Shown here: positions 46,641 to 59,750 of the stretch, piece by piece
How the letters are laid out: each line of letters opens with the position of its first letter
How positions within the stretch are numbered: position 1 is the stretch's first letter
Assembly (NCBI GenBank): GCA_973895155.1
Contig: OZ316892.1
Span: 31,055,802 to 31,119,801, forward strand
Origin: Marsupella aquatica
Taxonomy: Eukaryota; Plantae; Marchantiophyta
Reading direction: 5' to 3'
DNA: 64,000 nucleotides
Program-made: the position numbers and the translations under genes
The notes under the pieces: model-generated
Seen by the model: the letters and a program-made list of their open reading frames with translations, nothing else
What the model was told of the DNA's origin: nothing
Database searches by the model: none

Positions 46641-48498
46641 CTATTGAATCTCAGGAGCGGATTTGAATTTTCTTTGTTTATCCTGAAAGAAAGCTGTGTC
46701 TGACCATACATACAAACATTGGTAATGTAATCGAATTGATGATGTATGCAGGTCTCACCTGATCCAAACGGTAACGGAGATTGGTCTCATTTGCCAATCG
46801 AAGTTGTTGATTTTCCTGCCCCATATGTTGTATTAACTTGGCAGCTTTTTCAGTTTCTTCTTGAAGCAGGGTCATCTTTAGTCGATAAGCTGCTCTTGAA
46901 AATGTAACTGATCCCTGCTCTACTAATGTGGACAAGTCAAATCCATCAATGTTGTGCAGTGCCTCGTGAAGATAAAATTCCATGGCTTTTTCCCTTTCCT
47001 TCGAAGCTTCTATGATGAAGGACTCCTTGGCCTCAACTTTGGGATTCCCTGCCTCTTGCAAACGTCGGGTGAGGTCGTCAAGGAGTTGTAAATCCGTGTC
47101 GAGCTGCTTCTTCAATCCCTGTACTTCTTCTTCTACTTTTCGGCATTGGCTCCGTTGGTTCTGTATCTCTCCCTGGAGCCTAGCATTTTCCTCTTTCAGT
47201 GCGTCTAGTTGCTTACATATTCTAGGCTCACACGGCCCCAATTTGTCTGACCTCTGTTCCAAAGCCGTGCCGTCGATTGTCATGCTCTGTACCGTTCCCT
47301 TGTGTAATAATGTACCTTCGGATTTGTGCAATGACTCTGCGGCGTCCTGATGAAATCCCATGTTCCGGCTGGGGCTCTCTGCAAACTCTTTTCCCTCGTT
47401 TACCGATGTGACGGCTACCCTCTGTTCGAAACCTTTCAATTGAGATGCATCTACTGATTCCAGCTTCTGTACATGTACATCCACCCGTCCGTCCTCCGAA
47501 CCGCCTTCCACCATGGAGGATTGTAAGGCGTGGTTGCTCGCCCTGAAGTTGTGCAAAATGTATGCTCCCTGTAGAGTGGCTTCTTCTCCACGATCTTCTT
47601 CGCCTTCTGAACTGTGATCGCGTGCTTCTTCCTGTTCCGGATTAGCTGCAGTCCCATGTGGTAAGGTGGATTCACTGGTTACCCAGTTTTCCCCGACGGC
47701 ATGACTGTAAGCAACGGTTTGCCGGTGACTCCTATGCCATTGGCGATTTTGCGGTGCAACATCAGGGATGGCGGTGGTATCCCTGATCGGGTTCACCATT
47801 CTTTTCTTTAGCACCCAACAAATGATGTAAGCAAGAAGTGAGGGAAAAGGAGGAACCGATTTGGACCCGAGTTTCTGAAGCAACTCTGCCTTCCACACTT
47901 GCAACGGGTGGAGCTCGCCTTCGAGCGCTCGAGCGGCGATCGTGATATGGTCAATTGTCCCATGATGGTAACCAGATTTTATCATCACCCATTTGGTGAA
48001 AAACTCTATATACTTGCGGACCTCCAAATTTGTCACCGTCCCGTATTGGATCTTCCCGGCACGGATCGAGGATCTCAAGTCACGGTCCGACCTCAAAAAG
48101 CCGATAATCTGCCGTGGAGTGTAAGGTGTGCACTTCACTCTTGTCAGGAGCTGCGATGGAACTAAACCTGGAATCCCAAACATGTTTGCCAATTCTTGGT
48201 TGAGCACCCTAATAAGCGGTGTCCTATCGTACTCGATGCAAAGTGACGCCTCATCCCCATAGACTGATCGTATATTCCGATGATAATATGCAGCCTCTGC
48301 CAAGGTCAGATCGCAACCCACCCGGACCATACCCAGGCATTTGGCACGACGGAAGATGCTCTCAAATTGAGTAATGTAAGCGGTGTCCGTTCGCGAGTTC
48401 CGAATGTTGGCCTCTGCCGCCATTGTAACGGTTTTAGAGCCATCGATAACTGCAGTGTTTCGAGTAGTCTCCGCGCGAGACCTCTTTCTGCTCGACAT
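46641..48498 (-). CDS. intact two-exon gene, distant PMD/Transposase_32-like domain plus coiled coil (exons 48498-46759 and 46682-46641)
   Basis: MSSRKRSR start; NQELANMFGIP, EVRKYIEFFTKWV and PSLLAYII match the LTR-ORF motif order; CAG/GTGAGA donor and TTTCTTTCAG acceptor define a 76-bp phase-0 intron ending DKQRKFKSAPEIQ*. Confidence 0.7.
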
Positions 48499-49953
48499 GA
48501 AATGAATGGAAGGACAACCTTGCAAAACCACAGTTTACTTCCGAAACTCGTGTCGTTCATTCGGGTGCTGGAACGATTTTGGCGAATTGCTCAAAAAACT
48601 TTTCATCCAACTATGTTGGCCCCTATTGTATCGCTCGAGGTGGCGGATGTTTTTAGGGCTGACTTCCGCTAAAGCCGGACATCGCATGCGGCAAATTAGA
48701 GGGTCAAATTTGAAAGCGATGCAACTTTTAAGTTTTTTTGTATTTCTTCCAAGACTTATGAGAGAAGCTTTGATCTGACACTATTTGTGAGATTTTAGGG
48801 TGTACATTACTGTTATCCTCTAGATACACTCAGCGGGTTACGGTGACGCACGGTGACTTCCCTCATATTTACGAGAGGGCCGACCATTCCCAAAAATGGG
48901 TTTCGGTCAAACAAAATGAGATGTATCATTATTAGCATTGACTTTTTGGTTGGTTGGTTGAAGAGACTCTTCAGCCCGAATTCAAGATTCAACACATGTC
49001 CCCTCGTTTATCATGCTTAGGGAAATGGAAGGAAGGTTGCCACGGTGTGTGGTCACAACGAATATATGTCATTGTTTTGATGGTTCGTTTAGGGTTCGAG
49101 AGGTGGCCAAATTGAAACGGGGTCTTCAATGGCTAATTTGGTGAAGCTCCGATTTGAGCTCTATGTTATCCCTTTCAGGGTTTATAGTTTAGGGTTGTAT
49201 GGTAAATGTGTTTTATGGAGCATATACTGGTGACTGGTGGTGTGGGTAAAATGGCTGCGGCTAGGGCAATTCTAGATTGCTGTTTCAAGTTTCGATAAAA
49301 CAATGGAGTGTAGCTCTGGACCTCGGATGGAACAGAGTGATTTCAAGCTCGTACGATTGATACCCATCTGTAGTGCCGAGCTGACTACACAAAACTGGTC
49401 ACAACACAACAGTACTTAACCGGCTGAGACTCAAGCTAACTTTGGCCGCAAGTTATTTCACTTACCACATCGGTGAATCAATTTAGTCACCATCTGAAGC
49501 AGTTGCCGTGCTAGTATGGGCTCGGCTGACACAACAGAACCCAATCCGGTGGTATTCTTGTCGTCGGGTTTGGCTATAAGACGTCCAATGAAAAGGCTTT
49601 GCATCCGACAAAACAGAGGCTTAGTTCCGCTGGCATACATAGATTGTAAAAAACAACTCGATAGTTGGGAAAAGTTTAGCCCTACTGACCAACTCCCTCC
49701 ATTCTTCCCTAGAGCCTAACTCCTAAAGCTTTACAGTGTAGCGCAGATTGCGCCAATGCTACCTACTACAAAACCAATCTATGAAAAAAAGAGTTGTGCC
49801 TGCTGTACTCTGGGGTCGTGCTCAGACATAGCTGTTTTGAAAGGAATAAATATGTCTTTGGAAGAAATTCCGGAATATATACATTGTGTGACCGCGTTTT
49901 GAATGTGTAATAAAATATGTACATGTACATGTGGGGTGGATGGCTTCAGCTCG

Positions 49954-50784
49954 TCATACTTTGTTGAACCTCATCTCCAAATTGCGCCACTTGTCTTTCA
50001 GATCAACCTGTGGCACGAGGCACGAAAAAGGAAATTGAGAAAATTCCTCAGATCCATTACATTGATTTACAGGAGGTGGTGCGAATTATTCTGACCTCAT
50101 CAACGTACCTGGGATCGGTCTCGCAATGTTTGCCCGCTTTCTCGACGGATTGCACTCCAACTGCCTTTCCCAAACCTGTGGCACAGAGTCTTTGCATGCT
50201 TTGAAAATTGAACTCAACCAAAATGAATGTTCCTAGACTGGCCGGTACACGCTGTACGAATGGAAACCGCGAAAAGGACTTGTGTGTGGAACGCAAACCA
50301 TTAATTCATACGGAGCGTTGACATGACACAAGTCCCCAAACTCACCTGCTTACTCCGTTTCTGAGGCACTGTTCCTCTTCTTTGGTCCACCTTCTAAATT
50401 GCCTGCGCATAGATTTTGATGAGTCGGAGCTCATTCTGCTGATGGTGGAGGCAGATTGCGATGTTACGACAGTATCAGGTTCATCCAGTCGCATTCCCTC
50501 CCACCGGGTATGCCCCGCTCCCACCTGCACGAAGAGATTCAAAACATGTCAGGTTGCTGTGAATCAGATTTATCCTTATTCCATGCAGCCCAGCTCGGAA
50601 CGGCCGATGATACCGTCTTACCTGTGCCGAAGGCTGAAGAGGACTGGGCGCGGCGTGTGCATCCAATATACGTTTCCTCTGTGGATTCTGCCCTGACATC
50701 ATGCGCGTATCACATTTAGTTTGGCTACCTTCCGTGGTGAGAGGAGTATGGGAACATTGCCAGGGCCGAGCGCCAACAGAGTAT
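49954..50784 (-). CDS. 3' exons of a gene ending in a TRF-like telobox Myb domain (exons 50784-50622, 50524-50346, 50175-50109, 50007-49954)
   Basis: GT-AG introns with compatible phases give RRWTKEEEQCLRNGVSR/FGKGSWSAIRRESGQTLRDRSQ/VDLKDKWRNLEMRFNKV*; LKDKWRN is the telobox signature. Confidence 0.9.
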
Positions 50785-51483
50785 CTGTGAACAATTGAAC
50801 GAGGATCTCTTAACTATCTTGTCATACGTTGCTCTCATAGCTGATGATACAGTCTTACATTGCGTAGAACTCATATTAAATATACAGGGGCACGAATGCC
50901 AGGAATTCATGGCTTGGGGGCAGCAGATGGTAGTTTACAGTTTCCATGACCCAGGCTTTACATTCTTGGAATTTTATACGTGTGTTGCCCGAAGCATAAG
51001 CTAATGGAACACGTAATGCTTATGCAGATGAACGGGACTTTCGAAATGTGAGACCCACAGGATTCGAGGCAAACAAAACGCTCCCCGTTTCAAGAAAGAG
51101 CAATGCTCGATCTCCGATCAGAAGCAGATGCATTCACTAAATAGGCAGATACTTGATGCACGTACCCCCCCTATATCTTCCTAGTTTGGTTTAAATACCA
51201 TCGTGTGTGTATATAGTGTAGTGTAGTGTAACCAAATCCAAATCCAAATGCCGGAACGATACAGAGAGGATGATCCCTGCACCCTCCACCTCGGTCGCAC
51301 TCCGACGAATCAGTGGCAGTCTTCCGTGCGTACCCCACAGGTTTTAGGTGTGGATGGCCTGGGGTTCCTTCGACTGGGACGTGCCATAAGTCGACTGTAC
51401 CGGTCCTGTGCTAGACTTATTTAATAAGCTGTCCGTTGACAGACTCGGCCTTCATGTCGGCGATCTGAGATTTCCCCGTGTAC

Positions 51484-54471
51484 CTACGTTTGATGCCAGG
51501 ACTTACCGTTGTCCGATGCCGATGCCGATGCCAATGCAAGTCGGGTACGATTGGGCGTCGATTGTCCTGGTGCCGTCGATAGGGGTGGCTTTACAGGATG
51601 TTCCTTCTTTGCCCGTGACATCTCCAGGAGCCGATTGATCTCCGCCAACTGCCTTTTCGTCTGGGCCTTTAGAAGTTCGTTGACACCTTGTAATCGTTCG
51701 GCCTCATCCCCCGCGGAATCCCGCTGTTGTCGGGCTTCCTCCAAGTCTGCCGCCAGAGCTGCGATCTCCGATCTAAACCCTGCCACCTTCTGAAGGTGAA
51801 ATTTGGCTCTCTCTTTCTCGGCCGCCAGTTCCTCCGCTTTAGCCCGGATGTCATCCAACCTCTGAACTGACACGGACTTTGCCTCCGCCACCTCCTTTGC
51901 TGCTTGCGTTTGTAGGTCCACATATCGTTGATCTCTCGTTTGTTGCAATTTCTCCAGGTCCCCACTTATTCCGACGATCTTCTCTCTTTCTGAGTCCAAC
52001 TCCTTATTGTGACTCTCCACGAGATTGGCGACTTGATGAGCAAAACTTTCCTTCAAACGCTTCACCGAATCTTCATGTAGTCGTTGTTCGTCCTGCATCG
52101 TCCGGTTAACATCATGTTGCTCCGCGACTTGGCGTTTTATCTCTTCCACCGAACCATGTAAGACTGCCAATTTGTGTTCCATCTCCGCCATGTGGGCGGA
52201 CTTCCGTCGCTCGGCCTCTAACACCTTGGCGCTCTTGTCCCTTTCCGCCTGTAACGCCTTCCGGTGAACCTCCATAACATGGGCTTTCATGTGCTCTTCG
52301 TGCAACGCTTGCTGATGTGCTATCTCCAAACTTTGCTTCAGGTGCAAAATGTGTTCCGCATCTTGCTTGTGTGCATCACTGATCGAATTGAGCTCGTGAT
52401 TGAGGTCGTGTAGGACCGCCTGCATATTTCCCATCCTGGCCTGCTTTGCATCCATTTCTCAAAGCCTCCGGATGACCTCCGCCTTCATGAGTTTCTCGGC
52501 CTCCAACTTGGACAAAATGTTCTGGCACTGGGCATTTCGCTGCCAGAGGAGCGGCCTGGCGTCCATGTGACGATGCAAAATTTCTATTAGAAGCTTGCCT
52601 ACCTCGTCAGCACAATACTTGGAAAGCTCGACGGCATAAGCGGACCTTGGCTCATCCGTACGAACTGGACGCCAAACTTTCGTGTCCTACTGGCAGCTCA
52701 TTTTCTCGTAGTAGTCCAAATCCTGAATTGGTTGTTGGGCGTTTAGGATTTTCTCTTCAATAAATGACGGCCAGGGACCGCCGGGAATGTCATGCTCCTG
52801 GGACATGTCTTCATCCGGGGGCAATTGGTGAGCTTCTGCGTTTGTGGATAGTGACTGTTCGGTAGCTATCATCAGTGTTGATTCCGGTAATACTGTCATC
52901 ACCTCCGTTTGCCCCACGCTCCCCACCGGCCGGTCTTGACCGAGCACCCATGACTCTCCAGGCGGGCAGCACCCTTCTGCAATGGTCTGTTGTGTGTCTA
53001 TGCCGGGGCCCTCAAAACCATGGCCTGGGCCTGGAGCCTCGTCGGGTGCAAGGTGTTGCTGGTTTTCGCAGCGGTGAATGTTGGCCGCAGTGGAGGCCAA
53101 CGGGTGTAGAGACTCCCCGTCCACCGCTCGAGTTGCTGTACCTTCTCTGCACTCACTTGCCACTGTTGCAGCACCCTCTGTTTCGTGCCGAACACCATTT
53201 CTGGAGTCGGTATGGTTGTCCTGGAACTTCCCCGAAGTCTTTCCGCTCTGTTGAATTTTGGCCGCAGTGGAGGCCAACTGCTTTAGAGACTCCCCGCCCA
53301 CAGGTCGAGTTGATATACCTTCTTTGCGCTCCCTCGCTACCACCGCAGCACTCTCCGCTTTGGGCCGAACGCCATTTCCGAAGTCGGCATGGGTGTCTTG
53401 GAACTCCCCCGAAGTCTTAGTCAGGTTTGTCGCCGTGGGACGTAATGATTCCTGACCGTCTGGTTTGCCGTCCGATCCCGAACTGGGAACCCTTGTCGCT
53501 GGATCCTCCGCAACATCCCCCATTCCCAACAGTAAAGGCTCCTGATTGCACAGCAGCCCCATCTGCACCTTGTCTTGGGGAGCTTTGCCGACCCCGCCAT
53601 CAGTATGGGGACCGGCTGATGCGAACAAAAGTCTCCGCGCGTACCTGCATATCATTGGTAAATGATAAGCTAACTTTGATGATGAGGAGGTCTGTAAGTT
53701 TTCTCTGGAAAAATCAAGGTTACCCAAAAGTTTTTTATACAGAAACCCACAGTAGTTTAGGTTCGGTCCGAGAGTCTGCAACAACCAACAGTGGCGCTTC
53801 GGTATTTCTTCATCGGGATCGGTCATCCAGAGTGCCGCCCTCAAGAATTCCAAGAGCTCCAGCTGATGTTTGCTGGTGCACTGGTTCTTCAGGAACCCAG
53901 TTGTGGTGGGTGCTCCTCTGAAATAGGTCCACTGGTGATCACGTATGTACACCCGCCCTTGGATCGCTCCCGGCCGACCTCTGGGCAAGCGGAAAACCTC
54001 GGAGACAACCTGCTCGTCAAATTGGAATTCCCTGCCACTGATGCACCCAACCTTCCGCTTGGGGTCCCAAGTCCCCACAAAGTCCCGCATCTCCTGTTCT
54101 GACACATCGTCCGAATGCAACCACGGCAGGTTTATGAAGGCGGAGAGGCCTGTGTTGTCCGTCGAAGTGTCATATTGATTGGTATCAATGTTGGCGAATG
54201 CTTTGTCCTCGATCTTGGGGAACCTTAGCTCTAGGTTTGTTGGCAGTGTTCCATTCCACCCCTGCGAATCGCAATGTGTTGGTGGAGATGCAGCAGCCTG
54301 AGCCTCAAACGGCGGCTCCTCTTCTCTGCCCTCAAGTGCCGCAACCCCGTTGGGTGTGGTCCGGGTCTTCTTCTTGGGTGCCACTCCAGGGGTTTCTTGA
54401 TTGTCCTCCTCCGTGGATGTTGCTGTTGCATCTGCTGCCAACTTCCTCTTCATCGGGGGCTCCGGTGCCAT
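51484..54471 (-). pseudogene. homologue of the family-B LTR ORF (PMD/Transposase_32-like plus coiled coil) with two in-frame stops
   Basis: ORFs 52687-54471 and 51484-52455 share a frame; the linker is open except TAG (52687-52689) and TGA (52459-52461); DIPGGPWP..EVIRRL* matches DLPGGDWP..EVIRRLR of 5432-8773; G/GTAAGT donor at 51507/51506. Confidence 0.85.
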
Positions 54472-54611
54472 GGTAGGGCTCTGCAGGTCCCAGTGTGATC
54501 AAAATGGCCCGCACAAACTTCAATTACGCTTTCAAAAACCCTTTTAAATAACCCTAAACGTTTTGTCGACCAAGATGTGCTTATCGCCACGCCTTGGAGC
54601 CCCAAAACGAG

Positions 54612-54935
54612 TGAGAGAATGATAGTCCCGTCTACTCACTCTTGTCAAACCTTGCTTGCGCATCACCCTGAAAGAGCGCGATAGAATCACAGTCCCTTCT
54701 ACTCACTCTGTTGAACCTCGGATGCCCACAACCCTGAAAGAGCGCGAGAGAATCATAGTCCCTTCTACTCACTCTGTCAAACCTCGGATGCCCACAACCC
54801 TGAAACAGCACGGCAAAATGATAGTCCCATCTCCTCACTCTTGTCGAAACTCGTCCCACAGCCCAGAAAGAGCGAGAGAGATTGATAGTCCCAGCTCCTC
54901 ACTCTTGACGAACCTCGCTTGCCCACAAACCCTAC
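54612..54935. repeat. about 66-bp tandem repeat, 5 units, immediately upstream of the 54471 start codon
   Basis: Units GAGAGAATSATAGTCCCTTCTACTCACTCT(T)GTCAAACCTCG..CCCACAACCCTGAAAGAGCGC visible at about 54612, 54680, 54745, 54811 and 54874. Confidence 0.9.
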
Positions 54936-56755
54936 TACGACTACGACTACTACATTATTTTAGCCGTTGGTGATAGACGACTTAATCCGGCCTTGACCCT
55001 CAAAGGTTGTTTAGGGTTTAGGGTACAAACATATCATTTGTGAAATGCCGATAGCCATCTACAACTATAATAAGGGATCCCACCTTTTTTCGTCCTTGGT
55101 CACCATACAAAAAAGCTTCTGGGCGGGAAAGATCCAGTAATTTTTTCTAAATAAATCAAGATATTGAAAAATATTGATAATTAGGGGTGACAATGTTATT
55201 GGTGGTAACCCTAAACTGGACCCAGGCACTCCAAAATTTGGCAGACTACCAACGACATCTCTTTGTGTGGATGTTCTTAGAAAGTTTCTTTATGTTTTAG
55301 CGTGTCAGTCTTTTTGAAAGGAGGTTGACAGATTGATAACATGGCGGGAATGGATTTGCCATCATAGCTGGATTTGCTAGAGCAAGGGAAAGAGAACCAA
55401 GACTATGTCAAAATGTAACAGGTAATTAATCTGCATCTCCTTTGGCTTATCCTCGCTGCATTTCAAGAAATGATAAATGAAGACCCAAAAAATGTGGGGA
55501 TTGGGACACGGGGCACATCTGGGAAATTGATAAAGCCAAGCAAAGATTGGTTTTTTTTGCCATTGGCAAGGGTGGCAAGGGATTCTGTAGCTGAGGTGAA
55601 CAATTTTGTTGACAGACATGGCATGTCTGAATATGCACAAAATTCAATGATAAGCACCGATTTGCCTCTATGTCAACTTACACCTGAGCTTCAGAATATC
55701 ATAGCAAAGTATCGAGTGAATTTTGAAGGGAGTCGAGATGACCTTGACATTGATGCTACTGTTGAAGTGGCTTCTGCTGTTGGTGAACCAGGTGAAGAGC
55801 CAGGTCAACCCACTTCTCAATGTTTTCTCAATGTTTGTGTGAGTAATAAATTTTGTAAACTGTAATCAAATATTGTGCACAGTTTCTAATTTTTTATAAG
55901 CACAACTTTGATTATTGTCCATTCCATTTATTTTGACTTGTGACCACAATTAGTGTCATGCCATATTAATGTCACACACCCTAATTACCGTCACTTACCT
56001 CAAATAGTCAAATCTAACCTCACATTAATTAGAGTGTGTGAGACTAAATACTGTAAGGAGTGTAGTGGAAAGAAAGAAAGAAAGAAAGAAAGAATGAAAA
56101 AACTGCACAACTTTCCAAAAGCGAGAAAGGTACAATACTTTAAGACAAGTGCATTAATTTCAAGGAACTTTATGATTGAAAGAGAAGTGCTTGAACTTTG
56201 TGCTTTCCTGATTTTCTGCTCTGCTCAAATTGGCGCTCTCTATTTAGGTGACACCTGTTGATCAATAAACCATGAACAATGTAAATTTTATATCCAATGG
56301 CATATAATGTGCACTCATCAGTAAATAGAACACTAGTTGCTTGGTTGAAGGGTCGAACCTTCTCATGCAAGTAAGGAAATATGCCCCTCAAAATGATAAG
56401 TATAATATAGCGGACCTGATAAGAACTAGGAAATGAAAACAAATTTATATGACTAAATTTTAAAGCATGGACATGGCCAAAGCATGGACTAGGCCGGATT
56501 AACATAATAATATATTTCAATTCAATGAGACCAAAAAATGTCCCTACCTAAATACCGTATATATATATCTCTCCAAACCATCGACCAGATAGATTTCAAA
56601 TTTCCATCTCATCCCTTGATAAAACCTTTCATTATTATGATTGCAGGAGAAGCTTTTTGATGGAGGTTTTTCAATGAGCCTAGCATTTCAATGAAGCGTT
56701 TCAGAGGTGACGGATTTTCTGAATCATTGTACCCTTCTTCGAAAGCATAGTAGTG

Positions 56756-57018
56756 TTTAGGGTTTAGGGTTTAGAGATTGATTTCAAATTTCCCACTCTC
56801 TCTCGCTCGCAATGAGCGAATCGTTCGTGGATGTATGGTTGTATGGTTTAGGGTAACATCAACTGCCAAGGGTTTAGGGTTTTATCAATGGTTTGGGCTT
56901 TAGGGTTGGGATTTTCCCTGCTGTTTTCATTTTTGTAGGTTTTCGATTACCATTAGTCAGATGAATTTCGGTCGTTTTACGACTACTTTAGCTGGTTTAG
57001 GGTTTAGGGTTTAGGGTT
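56756..57018. repeat. cluster of interstitial telomere-type repeats (TTTAGGG) / telo-boxes
   Basis: (TTTAGGG)2-3 at 56756-56774 and 56996-57018, with further single units between. Confidence 0.85.
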
Positions 57019-58664
57019 GGGTATAGGTATTTTACCTTGCGTTGCATTAAACATGATGGGGGTCCCTGAAGGAAGGAGCTTGCCATGGGGGTCTGTCAAG
57101 AAATTCATAAACTCTCAAGCATCCTCATACTAAACCAATGGAATGTCCAACCCGCCCTACACGACTCCCGCGCAGAGCTTTGGTTGATGACTACTATAGT
57201 CCTGTTCTGGTTCACTACCAACATCCATGTCCTATGGGTTTTCCGGTGACAAAATGGACCGTAAATGGCTGTGTTTCAGCCGGCTTAGACTTTGGGGCAA
57301 ACCACCTACTGTACGCCCTCTGTTTTGTGCCACGTTTTCATCGTTGTTGAGCACCCCCAAGTCCCCACTTTTATACCGGCGGTGTGACGGATCCACAATG
57401 TGTCGAGGTTTGTAGAGAGCATTGACAATTGCTTGACATTGAATTGGGCATCGCCCTTCTTCACAGCCCTCTCACGGAGCCTCCGGCCGTTGCAGCGGAA
57501 CGACCCCATGGCCTGCATCACAATTATCTGTAACGTCCTTTTGTAAAGCGTTTTTCCACCTCTTCCCCACCATCTTTCATTGCATTGGTATGTTTGCGTC
57601 GATAGTGCACAGTAGAAGACTGGTAAGAACTCCATAAACAAGACAATTAGGAATTAGCAGGTGAATGTCCATATGGGCCTCGTTCTGGATGCATGTTCAC
57701 GATGAGTACTTTTAAGATGCTTTGAGAGGTAACGAGAATCACAATAGCCAAAGGCAATCGTTATACATGAAAACTGGGAGGAGAAATCACAAATGTCCAT
57801 ACGGTGAGTGCACTGTAGACGCGGCAATCGTGATCATGGAAAAATAAGCACATGGACGATGGCTTCAAATAAACTTTCCACTAATATAGAAGCATATATG
57901 ACCAGCATAGACAAAACCAGAGAATTACTTCAACAACATGGAGCTACAGTCGCGCAAGCAAATGAACAGCATATCCATGGAAGCAAGTTGTTGACATTTG
58001 TCAATTATCTCAGTGTCGATAAACGCATCATGCTGCCAAATCTTTCGGCAAAGACAGTAAATAATGGAGTCACCTCAATCTGTTGAGGAACAAATCAAGA
58101 TTGTTTCCACAGTCATGGTAATTACAAACAAAGAGAGAAGAAGAAAGGTACAGGGTAGGCAAGGTCCAGCTAATTAAATAATTGAAAATCCTGCCTGAAG
58201 CTATGGTGGTAAGTTCCAACGAAGTACTTCTTCAACAAGCTTAGAGCTAAGGAAACCGAGGAAAGCATACACCTTCTTAAGCTTTGCACAGGAGAGACAA
58301 CAGAGAACTAGGACGAAATCTTGCAAGAGGAGTCCTCGGTGGCTGATGTGGTGTTTTGCCGGCCTGGAATGTTTGAGGGGTCGTTCAGGCCCGGGATGAC
58401 TTGCACCAAGTTGAGCATTTCCTGAGGTATTCGGTTGGATCGAATTAGCTCAGTGAAGAGGGCTGCCAACAGTTGAGCTCTCAGGAGAGTCTATGGATTC
58501 TCCAGATCAGTTGTAGCCCTCTTCTCTTCGTGTTTTCTGTGGAGCCTATCCCTCTCTCTGGCGTCCTTTTGCCAATAAATCGTGTGCTTCCCTTCTGTCA
58601 GCGAGTTGTTGACATTTCCATTTAATATCATATGCTGCTGTCTGAAAACATTTTTCTCACCTAG

Positions 58665-59750
58665 CTATCCGATGTAAACTCCTGCCAAATTGGGCCGGGA
58701 CGTAGCCTGTGAAGGACCCGCCTTCCTTCCATTCTTCTTGTTATGATTGGATCTCTCCACAGTGGGATTACTTGGCGGAGCTGTGGGGACTCGTGCAGCC
58801 TGCCCATTTTGGGTGTAACGAAACGTGTGCTCTCCAGCAGAAGCAGTCGGGTTTGCTTCCTGCCTTACCCCTCTGAATTCATGAGCTTGTGATGCTGTGG
58901 CTCGAGGCACCGTGCGTGGATCTGTATTGTCGTTGGGAAGCTAGTCCCCACTGGAAATCAAATTGTTAGTCCCCACCCTCTTCGCAAAAATCTGTGTAAC
59001 ACTTTATGTCGTTCCTGTGGGAACATCTGAAATAATCAGCGGAATTGAATGCACGATGCCAATAAATTGTACCTGGTGCCACCGAGTCTTGCTGCAGAGC
59101 TCCTTCGTAGTCCTCTTGGTTTTCATCATCTGATGCTGCATCCACAAAGAGCTCGGTGTGTCCTGGCAATCCAACAGACGCTGTGGTAGGAGGAGCAACA
59201 TTTGCCCTCTCACCATACACCGCATGCATCCTGTCGAAGTGAGGGCAGATTTTGTCGAGGTTGTCCTCCGACGTCATTCCTGCCCGAAACTCCGCCATTG
59301 ATAAACCAGTTCCTGAATTGTTTTTGGCGTCCTTATGTTATCCTTCATGGCGAGAGCCTCCTTGTACCCTAAACCGTAACGTCAAAACCTTTTTCCCAAG
59401 TTATCTCCCGTGCCTACAAATTTGGGGAAACCGTTGGCATGGAGATGAACTTGTCCCCACAGGCACCCTACGAGAGGATCCATTCAGCATATCAAAACTC
59501 TTTGCATCTTCCGATTCATATCGCTTCCACGAACCTGCTCACAATTGGATGCGACCATGTCCGCTCCGTGTTCATTCACCTGCGAGTGTACCACTACACT
59601 ACTGCTGGATCCTGCGATACTCCCGATCCAGACAATACTGGAAATGTAGCAGCGCCCCACATCGAATTTGCCATACCTTCTATTTCTACTCCCGACTTTC
59701 ACACGGAAAATTAGTAATCACAGAGAGAGGGGAGCTTGAATTTTGAAACC
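58665..59750 (-). pseudogene. degraded Myb/SANT-like accessory gene of the type found beside PIF/Harbinger transposases
   Basis: SGTGLS..DNLDKICPHFDRMHAVYGERANVAP motif; donor CAG/GTACAA near 59073; (AAACCCT)3 at 59746-59766; frameshifts; no transposase recognised nearby. Confidence 0.4.

Noticed and set aside
54612-54935. CRISPR array
   Set aside because: Whole units are similar along their length, with no repeat-spacer alternation; eukaryotic context
55470-55865. 131-aa ORF as a gene
   Set aside because: Could be an exon remnant, but no motif or partner exons could be assigned
56756-57018. True telomere or chromosome-fusion scar
   Set aside because: Arrays are only 2-3 units, dispersed and not arranged head-to-head
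57100-58600. Harbinger DDE transposase partner for the Myb/SANT-like remnant
   Set aside because: No convincing catalytic motifs found in any frame by eye
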